Origin: an uncultured Dehalococcoidales bacterium
Lineage (GTDB): Bacteria > Chloroflexota > Dehalococcoidia > Dehalococcoidales > UBA2162
Direction: 5' to 3'
NCBI GenBank assembly: GCA_964579355.1
Contig: CAZOGR010000001.1
Location: forward strand, 1 to 26,133
DNA length: 26,133 bases
Position 1 is the first letter of the stretch, and every line of letters starts with the position of its first letter. The notes beneath the pieces were generated by a model. It made no database searches and was not told where the DNA came from. It worked only from the letters and a program-made list of their open reading frames with translations. Position numbers and translations under genes: made by a program. Positions 24,385 through 26,133 of this stretch are shown in pieces.

Positions 24385-24495
24385 TATGACAGCTTTCGCC
24401 AGACACGGCAACCAGCGCCATTGCCCGATATTATTTCAACAGCAGCGATTTATTATATACGTGCCCGCCGTACCGATGCAATATTCATTCAGCAG

Positions 24496-24527
24496 AAAGC
24501 GGGAGCTATGGTTTTCACAGCTCCCGC
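24496..24527 (-). terminator. Intrinsic terminator after gdhA
   Basis: GCGGGAGCT/AGCTCCCGC 9-bp stem followed on the minus strand by TTTCTG. Confidence 0.6.
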
Positions 24528-24566
24528 GATGCTTGCCTTTTTTCAACAATATAAGAATTACCGATT

Positions 24567-25823
24567 TTATACCCAGCCGCGAAGTTTCATCGCTTCGACG
24601 ACTCTCTGTATCGCCAGGACGTAAGCCGCCTGCCGCATGTTTATCTGGTATTCTTTGTGGGTGTTGTACACCGAATGATAAGCTGCAGTCATCCTCCGAT
24701 CAAGGCGTTCCCGGACATCTTCTTCTTCCCAGGTATACCGGTAGAAATTCTGTACCATTTCGAAGTAGGAAACGGTCACGCCGCCGGCATTACACAGGAA
24801 GTCGGGAATGATATGCACGCCTTTGTTGTAGAGAATCTCGTCCGCTTCAGGAGTCGTCGGGCCATTGGCCAGCTCGGCAATGATTTTCGCTTTGATGCGT
24901 GAGGCGTTTTTCTCGGTTATCACATTCTCGACCGCCGCTGGAATCAGGATATCGACATCCAGTTCTAGTACTTCTTCATTCGAAAGTGTCTGCAATTCAG
25001 GCAGGTTACATACCGAACCGGTCTGTGTCTTGCAGGCAGCAGCCTCGGACAGGTTGACACCCGTAGGGCAGGTAACGCCGCCTTTACTATCGCAGACAGC
25101 TACGATGGTCGATCCGAAAAGTTCGTGGCAGAGCTGGGCTGCGTAGGAACCGGCATTGCCGAAGCCCTGAACAGCTACCTTCGCCTTGCTGAGGTCGACG
25201 CCAATCGTCTTTGCCGCTTCTCGAATGGTGAACATCCCACCGCGGGCGGTTGCATCGCCTCTGCCCGGAGAGCCGCCGATTGCCAGAGGTTTACCGGTAA
25301 TGACCCCGAACTCCGGTTTTTGGGAAATGACCGAATACTCGTCCATCATCCAGGCCATAATCTGGGGAGTCGTGTAAACATCAGGCGCCGGGACATCTTT
25401 TTCCGGGCCGATAAACGGATAAACGGCTCTGATATAGGCACGGCTCAATCGTTCGAGCTCGCCGGTAGACATACTCTTCGGATTGCAGATAACGCCGCCT
25501 TTACCACCGCCCAGCGGTAAATCAAGCAGAGCACATTTCCAGGTCATCCAGGAAGCCAGCGCCCTGACTGTATCGATGGTCTCGTCAGGGTGGAACCTGA
25601 TACCGCCCTTGGTCGGGCCTTTTGCATCGTTGTAATGAACGCGGAACCCCTCGAATACCTTGACGGTACCGTCATCCATGCGCACCGGTAAGGCTACATG
25701 AAGCTCCCGCAGCGGGGTTTTCAATATCGCTGTTACTTCAGGAGGAAGGTTTAGAATGTTTGCGCACGCGTCAATCTGACGCTTTGCGACTTCAAACGGG
25801 TTAATGTCTGACATCGTCTTCAT
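24567..25823 (-). CDS. gdhA: Glutamate dehydrogenase (Glu/Leu/Phe/Val family; probably NADP-preferring)
   Basis: [40 protein letters not shown] and VTVSYFE motifs. Confidence 0.95.
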   Translation of the reverse strand: MKTMSDINPFEVAKRQIDACANILNLPPEVTAILKTPLRELHVALPVRMDDGTVKVFEGFRVHYNDAKGPTKGGIRFHPDETIDTVRALASWMTWKCALLDLPLGGGKGGVICNPKSMSTGELERLSRAYIRAVYPFIGPEKDVPAPDVYTTPQIMAWMMDEYSVISQKPEFGVITGKPLAIGGSPGRGDATARGGMFTIREAAKTIGVDLSKAKVAVQGFGNAGSYAAQLCHELFGSTIVAVCDSKGGVTCPTGVNLSEAAACKTQTGSVCNLPELQTLSNEEVLELDVDILIPAAVENVITEKNASRIKAKIIAELANGPTTPEADEILYNKGVHIIPDFLCNAGGVTVSYFEMVQNFYRYTWEEEDVRERLDRRMTAAYHSVYNTHKEYQINMRQAAYVLAIQRVVEAMKLRGWV

Positions 25824-25902
25824 TTTTCCTTTTCTTTAGTTTTCTATTTATCTTTACCGTAATTCGTCTGGCTTTACTCCGAATCGCGGAGATATTCCAT
25901 CG

Positions 25903-26133
25903 TTATTCTCTGACTTTTATCCCTCTGCTCTTCAGGTACGCTTTCGCCTCCGGTATTTTTATCTCCCCAAAATGGAATATCGAAGCCGCCAGCACCGCCG
26001 ATGCTTTCGCTTCCACCACTGCTTCACAGAGGTGTTCAAGTGTCCCGGCGCCGCCGGACGCGATAACCGGAATGCTGACCGCTTCCGCCACCGCTCTCGT
26101 CATTTCGATATCGTATCCCGCCCGGGTTCCGTC
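25903..26133 (-). CDS. hisF: Imidazole glycerol phosphate synthase cyclase subunit, 3' part (truncated by the window end)
   Basis: Reading from the window edge: [10 protein letters not shown]...[10 protein letters not shown]...[15 protein letters not shown]...GI.VR. Confidence 0.95.
   Translation of the reverse strand, partial: DGTRAGYDIEMTRAVAEAVSIPVIASGGAGTLEHLCEAVVEAKASAVLAASIFHFGEIKIPEAKAYLKSRGIKVRE

Noticed and set aside
1-26133. CRISPR arrays, IS elements, integrases, tRNA/rRNA, recoding (Sec/Pyl, frameshifts)
   Set aside because: No spaced direct repeats, transposase or integrase motifs, or structural RNA genes were seen; all genes end at ordinary stops at the expected family length. 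The island has no visible att sites, so mobility is unsupported.

Overview
This window is bacterial DNA. The order rpsF-ssb-rpsR-rpmH-rnpA-yidD-(beta-propeller)-yidC-jag-ileS and the T-box riboswitches resemble Dehalococcoidia (Chloroflexota); the taxon is inferred from gene order and protein style, not from a search. The right half (about 12.9-26.1 kb) is mostly housekeeping: a Trp T-box plus stand-alone trpB2, an HtrA protease, an Ile T-box plus type-2 ileS, the ribosomal protein/yidC operon, glutamate dehydrogenase and the 3' end of hisF. The left half holds an approximately 10 kb acyl-CoA catabolic island (2.8-12.9 kb) in three transcription units: (1) a split B12-dependent mutase, a DUF35/OB-fold protein, a non-canonical thiolase and an epimerase; (2) an acyl-CoA dehydrogenase (ACAD) with EtfB and EtfA; (3) an amidohydrolase, a nitroreductase and a Cys-containing V4R-like protein. 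Several enzymes have remodelled active sites. The mutase keeps its carboxylate-binding Tyr/Arg but has an enlarged pocket. The ACAD lacks the catalytic Glu at both known positions. The thiolase and amidohydrolase have replaced catalytic motifs. A near-palindromic motif (GATTAACGGnCnnTAAT) occurs in both upstream regions of the island. Together these point to an uncharacterised co-regulated pathway that rearranges a bulky substituted succinyl-/malonyl-CoA and oxidatively decarboxylates it; this is inference, and the substrate cannot be read from sequence. No rRNA, tRNA, CRISPR array or mobile element was found. All residue equivalences were aligned by eye from remembered reference motifs and need a real alignment.
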